Shown in pieces: positions 47,501 to 57,824 of a DNA stretch of 64,000 bases (positions are counted from its first letter, which is position 1; every line of letters starts with the position of its first letter). A model generated the notes under the pieces. It worked only from the letters and a program-made list of their open reading frames with translations, was not told the origin of the DNA and did no database searches. Source of the stretch: an uncultured Gemmatimonadales bacterium (lineage in GTDB: Bacteria; Gemmatimonadota; Gemmatimonadetes; Gemmatimonadales; GWC2-71-9); assembly GCA_963828735.1 (NCBI GenBank), contig CAWHFW010000005.1:2368001-2432000 (forward strand), read 5' to 3'. The translations under genes and the position numbers were made by a program.

Positions 47501-47844
47501 AAGACGAGGCGGCGGTCCGTTCGTCGGCACGCCGACTGCTCGAGCGCCATGGCTACGCGGTGGTGGAGGCAAAACACGGGCGGGACGCGCTCAGGATCGT
47601 GGAGGAGGGCGAGCTCAGGATCGATCTGGTGATCACCGACCTGGTGATGCCGGAAATGGGCGGCCGTGAGCTGGTCGAGCGCCTCCGGGCCCGTGACCCG
47701 GGGATCAAGGTGCTCTTCATGTCGGGATTCAGCGAGCGAGCGGTGACCTCCGGCAACGCGATGCCGCCCGGAACCGGCTTCGTGGAGAAGCCATTCACGG
47801 CGGAGCAGCTCATCCGCAGCACCCGGGACATTCTCGACGACTGA
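44533..47844 (+). CDS. Hybrid sensor histidine kinase (GAF-PAS-PAS-GAF-PAS-HK-receiver)
   Basis: FDRLTRLA GAF, HPSD/HADD PAS, AHDFNNLL, FFTTK, TDLVMP. Start approximate. Confidence 0.93.
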   Translation: MRPASMTELLASSLLDSPPEEAFDRLTRLASRLLGAPVALVSLLGDDRVFFKSAIGLPEPWATHRETPLSYSFCRHVIASGEPLVVEDARRHPLVRSNPAVRELRWIAYAGVPITMGDGRTAGALCVVDALPRVWSPRDLALLVDLAASVATEMELRASTPRPSGPADPSQDAAAAVFETTALPMGLIHADGRWLRVNASLAHLLGSSQEALVGCPAEAFTHPSDRSADQEAIRLLRAGEVASYTAEKRLLREGEDPIWVLATVTAMPGAEPLATLHVAFQDITDRKSAELDLRHREERYRLAADAADDALWDWDLLTDRLVWTERPDGKFGYHRSGRSASAAWWYERLHADDRERVVSGIHAAIANGAASWTDQFRFRRADGRYAQVRDRAAIVRDQAGDAVRMVGVVADTSEQTRADLLAGAQSQLLEQIAAGLDLEAVLEGVVRFAETHGSELTVAILVVAADAQELHLAAGPSLEDGLRDAFARVPLEPAASVSAMAAARRERVVIPDLAAHDSVAWREPLLSAGVASAWAVPLLAADGSLLGTLEVHSRSPHAPDEADSRLVELACRLAEIAIARDRTQEAVTRGTRLLEQVLDNLPVGVWVLDRDGRVMFGNTTGHQIWGGSREFSFYEYDEYRGWWPDTGKPLEPSEWPAARAILKGETVLNDVLHIEGFDGVQRTILNSAVPLRTLDGEIAGAVVVNQDVTDQHAAEAALRLSEEQFRHAQKMEAVGQLAGGIAHDFNNLLTGILSYSELILEELRRDDPIRGDVEQIRHAGQRAATLTRQLLAFSRRQVLQPRVLSLNTTVGELGTMLRRLLGVEVSIETELDPALWYVMADPSQLEQVLANLVVNARDAMPGGGVVTIATQNRLLEPGDDVGGNGVRPGEYVALSVRDTGIGMDLPTQSRIFDPFFTTKEPGKGTGLGLSTVYGIIEQSGGHIAVESAPAQGATFTVFLPRYQPAPGWSAPAPADRRILPAGDETLLLVEDEAAVRSSARRLLERHGYAVVEAKHGRDALRIVEEGELRIDLVITDLVMPEMGGRELVERLRARDPGIKVLFMSGFSERAVTSGNAMPPGTGFVEKPFTAEQLIRSTRDILDD

Positions 47845-47899
47845 CCCCGGCGCCCGTCGTCGAACCCGCCGGGGCTGTCGCCGCCGGACGAGTCCGGGC

Positions 47900-48541
47900 C
47901 TACTCGAGCAGCGCCAGCAGGTCCGCGGGGCTCTCGAGCCAGTAGTCCGGCGTGGCGCCGGCGAGGTGCTCGCGACCGAACGGTCCCCACAGCGCCGCCG
48001 CGGTCCGCACCCCCGCGTCGCGTCCCGATACCATGTCGTGAATGCTGTCTCCCACGTACACCGTCGTGGCCGGGTCGGCGCCGAGCAGAGCGAGGGCCTT
48101 TTCGACCGGCTCGGGGTGCGGCTTTGGGTTGGCCACCTCGTCGGCGCACACCAGCACGTCCATCATCGGTTCGAGCTTCGCCAACGCCAGTCCGCGCTGC
48201 GCCCCCGATCGGTTCTTGCTGGTGACGAGCCCCGTCCTCCGGCCCGCGCGTCGGATCGCGTCCACGGCCGCGACGATGCCGGGGTATACGGTGACCATGC
48301 GATCGTGGTTGGCGAGGTTGTATTCGCGGTACGTCGCGATCAGCGCGTCGAGCATTCCCTGGTCGTGCCACTCGGCGAACTGCACGTTGAGCGGCGTCCC
48401 CACGCCGCGGAGCCAGTCTTCGTCGGTCCGCTGCGGAAGGCCGTGCGCGGCGAGCGTGTGATGGTAACTGTCGAGAATCAGCCGAATCGAATCGATGAGC
48501 GTACCATCGAGATCGAACAGAAAGGTCTGGATGGTGGACAT
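47900..48541 (-). CDS. HAD family phosphatase (PpaX-like)
   Basis: FDLDGTLIDS, VTSK, KPHPEP, VGDS..D. Confidence 0.9.
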   Translation of the reverse strand: MSTIQTFLFDLDGTLIDSIRLILDSYHHTLAAHGLPQRTDEDWLRGVGTPLNVQFAEWHDQGMLDALIATYREYNLANHDRMVTVYPGIVAAVDAIRRAGRRTGLVTSKNRSGAQRGLALAKLEPMMDVLVCADEVANPKPHPEPVEKALALLGADPATTVYVGDSIHDMVSGRDAGVRTAAALWGPFGREHLAGATPDYWLESPADLLALLE

Positions 48542-48630
48542 GTGCGGAAACGTAGTCGGGTGGGTCTCGGGTTGCGCCCATGCTCCGGCATCTCTATGCT
48601 GACTGGTTTCCGAACCTCGGAGTGAAGCAC

Positions 48631-48819
48631 ATGCAGCCGACCGAGCTCGTGGCGATCATGGCCGCGATCATCTATAGCGGCCGACGCGAAGGCGACGGAC
48701 CGCACGCGGACACGCGGCAGACGGCCGTGGAAGAGGCCTGGCACATCTGGCACCTCGCTATGGACGAGTGGAGCGACCCGGGTGCCCGAAGGCTGGACAG
48801 GCATCCACTGCAGCCATGA
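48631..48819 (+). CDS. Small hypothetical protein (62 aa)
   Basis: GGAG RBS; MQPTELVAIMAAIIYSG...AVEEAWHIWH. Confidence 0.6.
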   Translation: MQPTELVAIMAAIIYSGRREGDGPHADTRQTAVEEAWHIWHLAMDEWSDPGARRLDRHPLQP

Positions 48820-48916
48820 TGACCGGACGCGCCGTTCGGGGAAGCTCGCCTGAGGCCGGAGTTCGCGGCCCGACTGGCATGATGGGCGGGCCCCTCGGGC
48901 TCGGGGAGTAGCGCGC

Positions 48917-51070
48917 TCACTCGAACAGCACTACCCCCGTCAGCCGCACCTCGATCGTATCCCACCGTGGCGTTGGCGCCGGAAGCCGCGACAGGATTGC
49001 GGGCATCCGGTCGGCCGACGCGTCGGCCATCCGCTCCACCAGCATCGCCTCACCGGCAGTATGTCCTCCACCGACGAAGGCCAACGCCTGCTCCAACTGC
49101 CCCAGCGTGCGGCGGTCGCGGGCTCGCGCGGCTTTGCCGACAGCCTCGGCGAGTCTGGCTGCGAGTCGCCGGGCGGATGGCGCCGGTTCCCCCGCCGCCC
49201 AGCGACGACCGCCCGCGACCACCAATCGCGCGCGGATCGGCGTCACGAGGCGATCGAGGGCGCTCCGAATGGAATCGGGCGATGCGGGTGCGCGGTTCTC
49301 CGAGCGGCCGGCTTCGTGCATGCGGCCCTCGATCACCGCGCCGTCCTCGGTCCAGCTGCCATCCTGATCGAGCCAGCCAATGACCGCCGCGAGCGGCTGG
49401 CGCCCGCCGGGGTGATGTGGCAGAAGGGTGAACCCGGCGAGCACGCCACGACACGAGGAGTCCCGAATGAGAGCGACTCCGCTCACGGCTGGGCCGTCGC
49501 CAAGCCGGTCGGCGAGCGCCGTGCGCCACCGCCACAGACGCACGCCCCGCGCGCCGAGTCCGGCATGGGCGGGGAGCCTCGCCTTGCGCTCGAGCCGCTG
49601 ACGAAGCCCGAGTGCTGCCTCGAGGGAGGGCGGCGTGCCGAAGCGCACGACGTCAACCCACCGGTGAGCCGAGCCCAGGCGCACCGCTCGGCCCTCTCGC
49701 TGCTCGAGCCGCATCGGAGTCCACGGCAGGTCGTAGTGAACGACGCGCTCGGCACGACGCAGGTCCAGGCCTTCGGCCGCGACATCCGTGGCCACGAGGA
49801 TCCGGGGCCTCGTCAGCGACACAGGAGCGCGTTCCCCGTCATCCTGAAACAACTGCATGACCAGAGATCGCGGCGCGGAGCAGGGGCCCACCCCCGCCCG
49901 GTCGCCGGTACACCAGGCGACCGGAACGCCGAGCCGGTCCCGCAGGTGGCGCACCGTCTCGCGACGCGTCGTGAAGACGAGCGTGGGACGTCCGTCGGAG
50001 AGAAGCGTCCGCAATCGATCGAGCTTGGCGTCGGGTGCGTCGGCTGGAGTGCCGGTCTCGACCTGCACCGCATCGATCGTGTCGAGGTCCTCGAGCGCGA
50101 CCTCCAGGTCGCCGTCTCCGTCGGCCACGAGCTCCCACAGCACAAGTTGGTCGTCGAGGTCTCCGGCAAAGGCCCGCAGCTCGGCGCGGCTCAACGCGCG
50201 ACCGGCTCGGCGCGCGTCGGCGGCGTGGTGCAGCAGGCCGCGGTAACGACGGAGTGCCCCCGCGAGCGCCGCCGGGCTCGAGGTCGCGGCCCGGAGCAGC
50301 ACGCCGCGGATCAGGGCCGCGGTCGGCGCGCGACGCGAAAGTCGGAGCCGGGCCAGGCTCGCGAGGATGCGTCGCCCGGACTCCTCCTCGGGCGGGGTCG
50401 GGTCGCTCGGGCGCTGCGTTCGGCCTGGACGCGGGCCGGCCTCGACGGTCTCTTCGAGGACCAATCGCCCGAGCGCGGCGATGCCGGACCCTCCTGTCAG
50501 CGCGGCCCGAAGAGAGACGACGCCGTCGGCGAGCAGCGCGTCGTCGCGGACGCCGAGCACGAGTTGGTGCGCGAGGTCGCCGAGGCGGTTGACGATTGGC
50601 GTGGCGCTGAGCAGCAGGACGCGACGGCCCAGCAGCCACGGTGCGACATGGTGGTACCGGCGGGAATGCGGATTCCGGAAGTGGTGACTCTCGTCGATGA
50701 TGACGAGCCCGGACGCGGCGGGGGGAAGGCGTCCTCGGCTCGCCTGCTGGTGGGTGCCGATCTCGACCGGCACGCCAACCGCCTGGGCCAGGCTCGACCA
50801 CTGGTGCGCCAGGGTGGCGGGGACGAGGCATGCGCACGGGGCGCGCAGTGCGGCGGCCACCGCGAGCGCGATGTAGCTCTTGCCGCTGCCGACGGGATCG
50901 GCGAGCAGCGCGCCGCCGAACCGCTCGAGCGCAGCCTGCACGCGCCGAAAGCTTCGCACCTGGCCCGGCAACAACCAGGGCGGGGCGGCCCTCGGGCTTT
51001 CCGGCGGCAGCGCAGCCCGCGCGATCGCGCGTGCCACCTCCAAGCCAGACGCGAGTGGCCCGCACCCCAA
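48917..51070 (-). CDS. SF2 (SNF2-like) helicase
   Basis: LADPVGSGKS, DESHH, LSATP, ATDVAAEGLDL, HYDLPW.P..LEQREGR..R. Start uncertain. Confidence 0.88.
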   Translation of the reverse strand: MGCGPLASGLEVARAIARAALPPESPRAAPPWLLPGQVRSFRRVQAALERFGGALLADPVGSGKSYIALAVAAALRAPCACLVPATLAHQWSSLAQAVGVPVEIGTHQQASRGRLPPAASGLVIIDESHHFRNPHSRRYHHVAPWLLGRRVLLLSATPIVNRLGDLAHQLVLGVRDDALLADGVVSLRAALTGGSGIAALGRLVLEETVEAGPRPGRTQRPSDPTPPEEESGRRILASLARLRLSRRAPTAALIRGVLLRAATSSPAALAGALRRYRGLLHHAADARRAGRALSRAELRAFAGDLDDQLVLWELVADGDGDLEVALEDLDTIDAVQVETGTPADAPDAKLDRLRTLLSDGRPTLVFTTRRETVRHLRDRLGVPVAWCTGDRAGVGPCSAPRSLVMQLFQDDGERAPVSLTRPRILVATDVAAEGLDLRRAERVVHYDLPWTPMRLEQREGRAVRLGSAHRWVDVVRFGTPPSLEAALGLRQRLERKARLPAHAGLGARGVRLWRWRTALADRLGDGPAVSGVALIRDSSCRGVLAGFTLLPHHPGGRQPLAAVIGWLDQDGSWTEDGAVIEGRMHEAGRSENRAPASPDSIRSALDRLVTPIRARLVVAGGRRWAAGEPAPSARRLAARLAEAVGKAARARDRRTLGQLEQALAFVGGGHTAGEAMLVERMADASADRMPAILSRLPAPTPRWDTIEVRLTGVVLFE

Positions 51071-51107
51071 GCCCGTTCGCAGCGGATCCGTGACTGCGGT
51101 GAGTGAC

Positions 51108-54100
51108 TCAGCGACGATGCGAGGCGCTGGCGGCCACGAGGCGGGCCAGCGCGGCACGATCGCGGGAGGACAGGTCGAGGTGCCTGGCCGCGAGATCATC
51201 GAGCTCCTCCTGCGCCAGAGTGCCATCGCGGCCCGACCGCGCGGCGGCCAGGAGCGCGTCGTCGGTGAGCACCGCTGGGGGCAACGGCAGCCGGCTCACC
51301 ACGGCCGCCGTGAACCGGTGGAAGCCACCTGAGGCGGGCACCGCACCGACCCGGGCAATGGCGCGCACCCAGGTCGAGTTGAGCCAAGTGGCGAGACGCT
51401 CCGCCTCCGCCTCTGTGTTGGTGGGCGCGACGTAGCAGGTGTTGAGAGGGATGTGATCGGCGTGATGCTCGCCCGTGAGCGCGCACGCGGTCAGTCGGCG
51501 GGCAAGGTCGGCCCAGATGAGGCGGTGGCGCGCCGACGCGGCCGTGGTGCGGAAGAGCGTCCAGGATGGTGGGCCGGCATAGTCCGCGCGGGCGCGAAGG
51601 ACAGACTCGTGCGAGCGGACATGTGCGGCCGCGCCGGCCGGGAGCCGCTGGAGCGGCGACCCGTCGGGTGCGTGGGTCCAGAGCAGGCGTCGCCTCGGAT
51701 GGGCCTGAAAGGGTCGCACGTCGCGCCCCCGGACGGCCCATCGTACGAGCCACGGCTCGACGGTGTCCGGCGGATCGACGAATACGCGGTTGGCGCCGGT
51801 CTTCACGCCGAGCTGGCAAGTGAGCCGGTCGCCGAGCGTCGGGTGCGCGCGCAGCAAGCGGGCGATCACGTCCCGGGCCCGGTCCGCGGCAAGGATCCAC
51901 GGCCCCCCGCCGCGAAGTCGCGCCTGCAGATACGCCGGGCCCTTGGGTGCCGCGCAATGTCGCGCGCACGCGGTGCCCGGCGCCGGGGCGCACGTTGCGG
52001 GTGATGAGCGCGAGCGGATAGACGGTCGCGTCGAAGGCGACGTCCGGGCGTCCCGTCAGGTCCGCCACCCGGAGCAGCGTGGTCGTCGAGGCGAGACCGT
52101 GCCGAGCCGCGGCGCCGTACTCGGCGGTCGCGAGTTTGGCCGGTACCAGCAGGGCGACCACGCCGCCGGGCGCGGCGAGCTCGAGCGCGCGTTCGACGAA
52201 CGCAACCGCCAGATCGGGACGGTGGCCGAACGCGATGCCCGCGCCCCGCCACCAGCGGTAGCGACCCGCCAACCATCGCCGCATTTCCGTGGGGATTTCC
52301 TCCGCACGGAGCCACGGCGGGTTTCCGACGATGAGATCAAAGCCGCCTCCGGCGAACACGTCCGCGAAGTGGCTTTGGTAGTGGAACCAGGGCACCTCGC
52401 GCTCCCGGACGATGCTGCGCCGCGCGCCCCGAATGGCACTGAGCCCCGCGCGCGCCTCTGCGAGCGGCGCGCGGAGCTCCCGCTCGGTGCGGCGGCGCTC
52501 GCCGAACAGGTCCACGCTCCGCGCGGTTTCGAGCAACTCGTGGATGCGAGCGCGGGCCGACTCTTCCGCCGCGCGGAACGCGGTGTCCGCCGCGCGACAT
52601 TCGGCCGTCCGAAGGTGCCGCACGAGCCCGCGCTTGCGGGCGCCGGTGGCCGTGACGAGCTCGCGCCGGAGGGCGGCCACGGTGGCCGCAACACCCGGGT
52701 CGATCCCGTGCGCTCCGGCTGCCATGCCCGCGGGTTCGAGCAGACTGTCGCCTTGCCGTATGAGACAGTCGAGGTTGGGTAGCGGCTCGACCTCCTCCGG
52801 CCGCTCGGCGGAGTCGTCGGCGATCACGGCCAGCCAGAGCCGGAGCTCCGTGAGCCGGACGGCGGCGGCACTGCGGTCTACTCCGAACAGGTTCCGCTGG
52901 AGGATGCGGCGCCGGCACGCGCTTCGATCGGAGCCGGCGCGCGAGGCAACGGCGGAGAGGTGTTCGAGGGCGCCGAGGAGGAAGGCACCCGAGCCCGCCG
53001 CCGGATCGAGCAGCGTGACGCCTTCGAGCAGCGCTACCGCCTCAGGAGCCCCCTCGGCGAGCCGGTGCTCCGCGACCTCCTCGGACCATCGGGCGCGGCC
53101 GGCAACGAAGGCGATGAACGCCGCGTCCAGCATCGACCGCACTAGCGGCGCCGGCGTGTAGTAGGTCCCGGACGCGCGGCGCGCGTCCGGTGCCATGACG
53201 CCTTCGAACACCCGTCCCAGCATGTCCGGCGCGATGCCGCCGGAGCCGCCCGTTTCGGCGACGACGAAGTGATACCGCTCGAACAGCAGATCGAAGGCGT
53301 CGCGCCATACCGTGTTGGAGATGTCACCCCGGAGCGCGCGCTCGAGCGGGTGCGGCTCGAACAGGCCGCCGTTGAGAAACGGGATCCCGCCGAACAGACG
53401 GGTCCCGCGACTTCGCTCCACCATGGGACGATTCAGGGTGCCGAAGAAGAGCGGGCGCAGGAGATCACGGTGAATGCACCGCTTCCGTGCGAGGCAGGAG
53501 TCAACCGCATCGGCCAGGAAGCGCTCGCGCCCGCCCAGCCATCCCTTGGCCTGGATGAAGTAGAGGAACAGCACCCGGGTGAGCTGCAGGAGCGCGAGGC
53601 TCCTTCGATCGTCGCCGCGAAGGCGGGTGGGCAGAGCGGCGGACATCCGGTCGAGGGTGGCCTTGAACTCGCGAAAGAAGCGGCGCCCGACGGCCTCGCC
53701 GCTGAGCGCCTCGGCGACTCGGGCGGCAAAGGCCAGGACGCCCTCGTCGGCGCGCGACAATCGCACCACCGACGCGAGCGCGTCGGGCCGCGGACAGTCC
53801 AGATCTACGAGCAGGCTCGGATTGCGCCCGAACGCGACCGACAGGCCCAGTTGGCGGCGCTCGGTGTCCAGCGCGAGGACCCCGGCGGTTCGCCCGCGCG
53901 CAGCCAGCCGCCGCGCCACGCGACGCGCCAGCCGCTCCGGATCGGCCCCGGCCACGGCAAACCAGGCGAACGCTCCGTTGCGACCCACCGCCAGGGCCGT
54001 GCCCGGGTCCCGGTGCGTGGGGCGCGCAACCAGGCCAGGCACCGGCTCGTTCAGCGGCTCGTGTCCGAGCGCGGCCAGCACCGGCCGCAACGACTCCAGC

Positions 54101-54159
54101 GAGTCGACCCGGGCCAGGAGCGCGCCGAGGGTGGGGATCGTCCGGGAAGCCGTAGGCAC
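51108..54159 (-). pseudogene. N6-adenine DNA methyltransferase (Eco57I/type IIG-like) with a +1 frameshift before the target-recognition domain
   Basis: FLNGGLF, LGRVFE..G.YYTP, DPAAGSGAF, GNPPW. The frame switches near 51903-51930 into ...GPWIL...GVKTGAN...LNTCY (track ORF 51108..51869). Confidence 0.8.
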
Positions 54160-54264
54160 GGTGCAGCATGGGCCGCGAGGCCTGGCCTGCCGGCATCATT
54201 CTCCCGCGCCCGGGGACACCATCCTGCTGGACGACGAGGCAGGCGCCCACTTATCGTGCACGCT

Positions 54265-54936
54265 ATGACTCTCCCCATTCGAAGCCTCCTGGGCGGCGTG
54301 CTGACGCTGGGCGCTGCCGGCTCGGCGTTCGCGGGACGCTTGGACGCGCAGACCGCGGCTGCCGACAGCGGCACGTTCGTCATCCGTCATGCCGCCGATA
54401 CCATCGGCATCGAGCGGTTCGAGCGGACCGCCACCACGCTCAAAGGCACGCTGGCGCTCCGGAGCGCGAAGGGCACGGCTCAGGTATACGAGGCCGTCGT
54501 TGCTCCCGACGCGTCGGTCGCGCTCATCGAGGTGACGGTGCAGCAGACGCCGGACAGCGGGCAGACGAAGGGCAGGGTGGTGCAGCGGGCTCGGGTCATC
54601 TTCAAGGAGGACAGCGCCGCGGTGGACGACGTCACCAATCACGGACTGCAGACCCGGGTGTTCGGAACGGAGCGCGGTGCCGTTCCCTATCTCAACTTGT
54701 CTTTCGCGCTGCTGGAGCAGGCGATTCGCCGTTCCCGCGTGTCGAGGCTCGAGGTGCCGCTCTTCAATCTGGGCGGCGGGCAGACGGTGGACGGCAAGGT
54801 GTCACCGCTCGGCACGGACTCGCTGGCGCTCGCCATCGGGAGCGTCGAGTTCCATCTGCGCGTGGACGACGCCGGGCGGGTGCTCGGCGCGCGCATCCCG
54901 GCTCAGGAAGTGGTGGCGGAGCGAATCGGAAGCTGA
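54265..54936 (+). CDS. Hypothetical secreted protein
   Basis: Signal peptide MTLPIRSLLGGVLTLGAAGSAFA; beta-rich mature region. Confidence 0.75.
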   Translation: MTLPIRSLLGGVLTLGAAGSAFAGRLDAQTAAADSGTFVIRHAADTIGIERFERTATTLKGTLALRSAKGTAQVYEAVVAPDASVALIEVTVQQTPDSGQTKGRVVQRARVIFKEDSAAVDDVTNHGLQTRVFGTERGAVPYLNLSFALLEQAIRRSRVSRLEVPLFNLGGGQTVDGKVSPLGTDSLALAIGSVEFHLRVDDAGRVLGARIPAQEVVAERIGS

Positions 54937-55010
54937 GTCACCCCGTCCGGGCCGGGATCTCCGGCTGGCAAGCGGCTCGTAGTGGCCAGCGATCGCGGCC
55001 GTGCCCGCAT

Positions 55011-56177
55011 CTACCTGTTGTCGACGCTGTCCCCGCCATCCCTGTAGACCCGACCCCGCCATTCCACCCGCCTGCCTCCCCGCCAGATCGACCGCGCGAC
55101 GATGTAGAGCGCCATTCCCGCGCCGACGGGAAACCCCGCCCCGTACGCGACCGGAATCCGCATGCCGAACGACACGAGCATCCAGAACACCGCCGACGCC
55201 GCCGTTGCGGCCAGGGCCGCCGGCGCGAGTCCGGCGACCTCTGCCCCGAACGCCTGGGCGAACAGCAGGCCCGGCGGGATCAGCCAGAACAGCAGGGCCG
55301 CGAGCAGCATGATGGGCACCAATGCCCGGCGAACCGGCTCGTCGGGAAACGAGCGCCGCCCGCCAAGGTAGACGTTCTTCGACCAGCCTTCCACCAGATG
55401 CGGCAGGCTGTGATACATCCGCGTCTCCATGAGCCGATCGGCGAAGGCGAAGTGAATCCGCCGGCCGTGTCGCAGGTAGACCTGGGCCAGCGCCAGGTCC
55501 TCGGCAACCTCGTGACGCACCGACGCGTGAGTGCCGACGGCGTCGTAGGCGTCCCGCCGGGTGAGAATGAATTGCCCGTTGGCGATCACGTCCCGCTCGC
55601 GGCGGGCGCGATTCACCCGCTTCGGATGGTAGCGCAGTGCGAGCAGCAGCCAGATCTGTGGCATGATGAGCCGCTCCCAGAACGTCACGCATCGCTGATG
55701 AGGCGCGACGGTGACGAGGTCGGCCGCCTCGCGCTCGAGCGCCCCGACCGCCCGACCCAGGAGATCCGGTTCGTGGCGCGTGTCCGCATCGGTGAAGAGC
55801 AGCAATCGACCGGTCGCGGCCACGGCCCCCTGGGCGCACGCCCACGGCTTTCCATACCATCCCTCCGGGAGCGGTCGGCCGGGCAGGAGCCGGACGCGCG
55901 GGTCCTCCACCGCAAAGCGCGCCACGATCGCGGCGGTGTCGTCGCTCGAGCGGTCGTCCACGACGATCACCTCGAACGGGTGGTAGCGCGAGGCGAGCAC
56001 CGAGCGCAGCACGGTCGCGATCGTCGCGGACTCGTTGCGGGCGGGAATGATCACCGAGACCGGCGTGCCGTCGACGGGGGGAACGTCGCTCAGGTTGGGA
56101 TGGGCGTCCGCGAGGCGAGCCAGGCTCGCGAACGGCGCGACCCATGGGAGGGCCGGGAGGAAGTCGGCTGGCGCCAC
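55011..56177 (-). CDS. Glycosyltransferase family 2 (CrtQ/HpnB-like)
   Basis: IIPARNE, DDRSSD, GWYGKPWA, FTDAD, NGQF, AEDLAL, C-terminal WRGR.Y. Confidence 0.9.
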   Translation of the reverse strand: MAPADFLPALPWVAPFASLARLADAHPNLSDVPPVDGTPVSVIIPARNESATIATVLRSVLASRYHPFEVIVVDDRSSDDTAAIVARFAVEDPRVRLLPGRPLPEGWYGKPWACAQGAVAATGRLLLFTDADTRHEPDLLGRAVGALEREAADLVTVAPHQRCVTFWERLIMPQIWLLLALRYHPKRVNRARRERDVIANGQFILTRRDAYDAVGTHASVRHEVAEDLALAQVYLRHGRRIHFAFADRLMETRMYHSLPHLVEGWSKNVYLGGRRSFPDEPVRRALVPIMLLAALLFWLIPPGLLFAQAFGAEVAGLAPAALAATAASAVFWMLVSFGMRIPVAYGAGFPVGAGMALYIVARSIWRGGRRVEWRGRVYRDGGDSVDNR

Positions 56178-56187
56178 GGGCTGGCGG

Positions 56188-56751
56188 CTAGCGCTCCTGC
56201 TGCTTGATCACCCCGTGAAGCTGCTGCTCGATCCCGTCGAGCTGGCGCTCGACGTCGCCTGCGTCGTACTCGGTCGCGAAGGCCGGCACGCCGTTCTGCG
56301 CAAACAGCGTGGCTACCAGGGCGTCGGTGTATCCCACGACGGCGACCGCGATACCCTTGTCGATGACGCGGTTCAGGCGGAGCATGATCGCCATGCCCTG
56401 GCGGGCGCGCATGGCCGCGAGCACCGGCGCGAGATTGCGGATGAGCATCTCGCGGAGGAACTGGAGCTCTTCGACCACTTCGCCCGCGGCCAGTCCGCGC
56501 GTGGCGGCGATCCGGCCGTAGTGCTCGCAGGCGTGCAGCCAGACGGGACCGACTTCCCGGCGGAGCGGCCCCACCATCTCGCTGATGATATCGAGGAGGA
56601 TGCGGAACTCCCGTTCGACGAGAGCCCGCGGTATCGTGGGAGCGGCGGTAATGCGGTCGCCGAGCCAATCGGCCCATTGGAAGACCATCTGGTCCCGCAA
56701 TTCGGCGATGACACGGCCAGCAGCGAGCAGCGCGGGCTGCGAAGCACGCAC
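56188..56751 (-). CDS. Stand-alone all-helical sensor-like protein (RsbRD-N/globin-like)
   Basis: HYGRIAATRGL...EVVEELQFLR...LNRVID pattern; no output domain. Confidence 0.6.
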   Translation of the reverse strand: MRASQPALLAAGRVIAELRDQMVFQWADWLGDRITAAPTIPRALVEREFRILLDIISEMVGPLRREVGPVWLHACEHYGRIAATRGLAAGEVVEELQFLREMLIRNLAPVLAAMRARQGMAIMLRLNRVIDKGIAVAVVGYTDALVATLFAQNGVPAFATEYDAGDVERQLDGIEQQLHGVIKQQER

Positions 56752-56801
56752 GAGACCGTCCTCCCTGACAAAGGTTGCGGCAATCTAACCGTGGAGCGTT
56801 G

Positions 56802-57764
56802 ATGGGGTCAAAACCATTCGTTCGACCGCCGCGACTTGATCGCGGAAGTCGCGTCGCGCTCGTGGCGCCGGCCGGCCCCCTGCTGGAGGAGGACGATATA
56901 GCACGCGCCGAGGCGCTGTGCCGTGCGCTGGATTACGAACCGGTCCTCGGCGCCCACGTGCGCGGTCACTTCGGGTACTTCTCCGGCACGGACGACGAGC
57001 GTCTGGCCGACCTCAACGCCGCGTTTCGTGATCCCGGCATCGACGCAATTTGGTGCATCCGCGGCGGGTACGGCATGACCCGCATCCTGGACGGGGTGGA
57101 CTTCGAGGCGCTCGCGCGACGGCCTCGTCCCATCCTCGGCTACTCGGACATCACGGCCCTGCTGGCCGGTGTCGTCCGCCGGGCGGGCATGGTGGCCTTC
57201 CATGCGCCGACCGCTCGCTCGCAGATGCCCGCGTTCACCCGGCGCCACTTCGCGAAGGTCCTCACCGTACCCGAGCCCCCGGGAGTGCTCGAGCCGTTGC
57301 CGATCCCGTCGGACGTGCTCGTGCCTCGAGCCGATCGAGTCGTCGCCATGCGCGGCGGCAGGGCGGAGGGACCGCTCATCGGCGGCAATCTGACGCTGCT
57401 CCAGTGCCTCATCGGCACGCCGTATTTTCCCGATCTGGACGGCGCGCTGCTCTTCCTCGAAGATGTAAACGAGGATCTCTATCGGATCGATCGGATGCTT
57501 GCACACCTGCGCGCGGTCGATGCGCTCGCGCGCCTCCGGGGCGTGCTGGTCGGGCGGTTCACCAGGCTCAAGCGCCACATCGAAGACGGCGCGTTCGGCG
57601 TGGACCAGGTGCTCGCGCACTACTTCGGGCCCCTCGGCGTGCCGGTGCTTCACGGGCTGCCCATCGGGCACATCGACGACCAGTGGACCCTGCCGCTCGG
57701 CGTGCGGGCCCGGATGGACGCGGATGCCGGCACGGTGGAGCTGCTCGAGGCGGCGGTCGCTTGA
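56802..57764 (+). CDS. LD-carboxypeptidase (peptidase S66)
   Basis: RGGYG, GYSDIT, GGNL, LEDVNE, GH. Confidence 0.93.
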   Translation: MGSKPFVRPPRLDRGSRVALVAPAGPLLEEDDIARAEALCRALDYEPVLGAHVRGHFGYFSGTDDERLADLNAAFRDPGIDAIWCIRGGYGMTRILDGVDFEALARRPRPILGYSDITALLAGVVRRAGMVAFHAPTARSQMPAFTRRHFAKVLTVPEPPGVLEPLPIPSDVLVPRADRVVAMRGGRAEGPLIGGNLTLLQCLIGTPYFPDLDGALLFLEDVNEDLYRIDRMLAHLRAVDALARLRGVLVGRFTRLKRHIEDGAFGVDQVLAHYFGPLGVPVLHGLPIGHIDDQWTLPLGVRARMDADAGTVELLEAAVA

Positions 57765-57824
57765 CCCGGGGGGCCCGGACGCCCGGCTGCGTTCCCGGCG
57801 CCTCACCAGTCGTTAACTTTCGAC

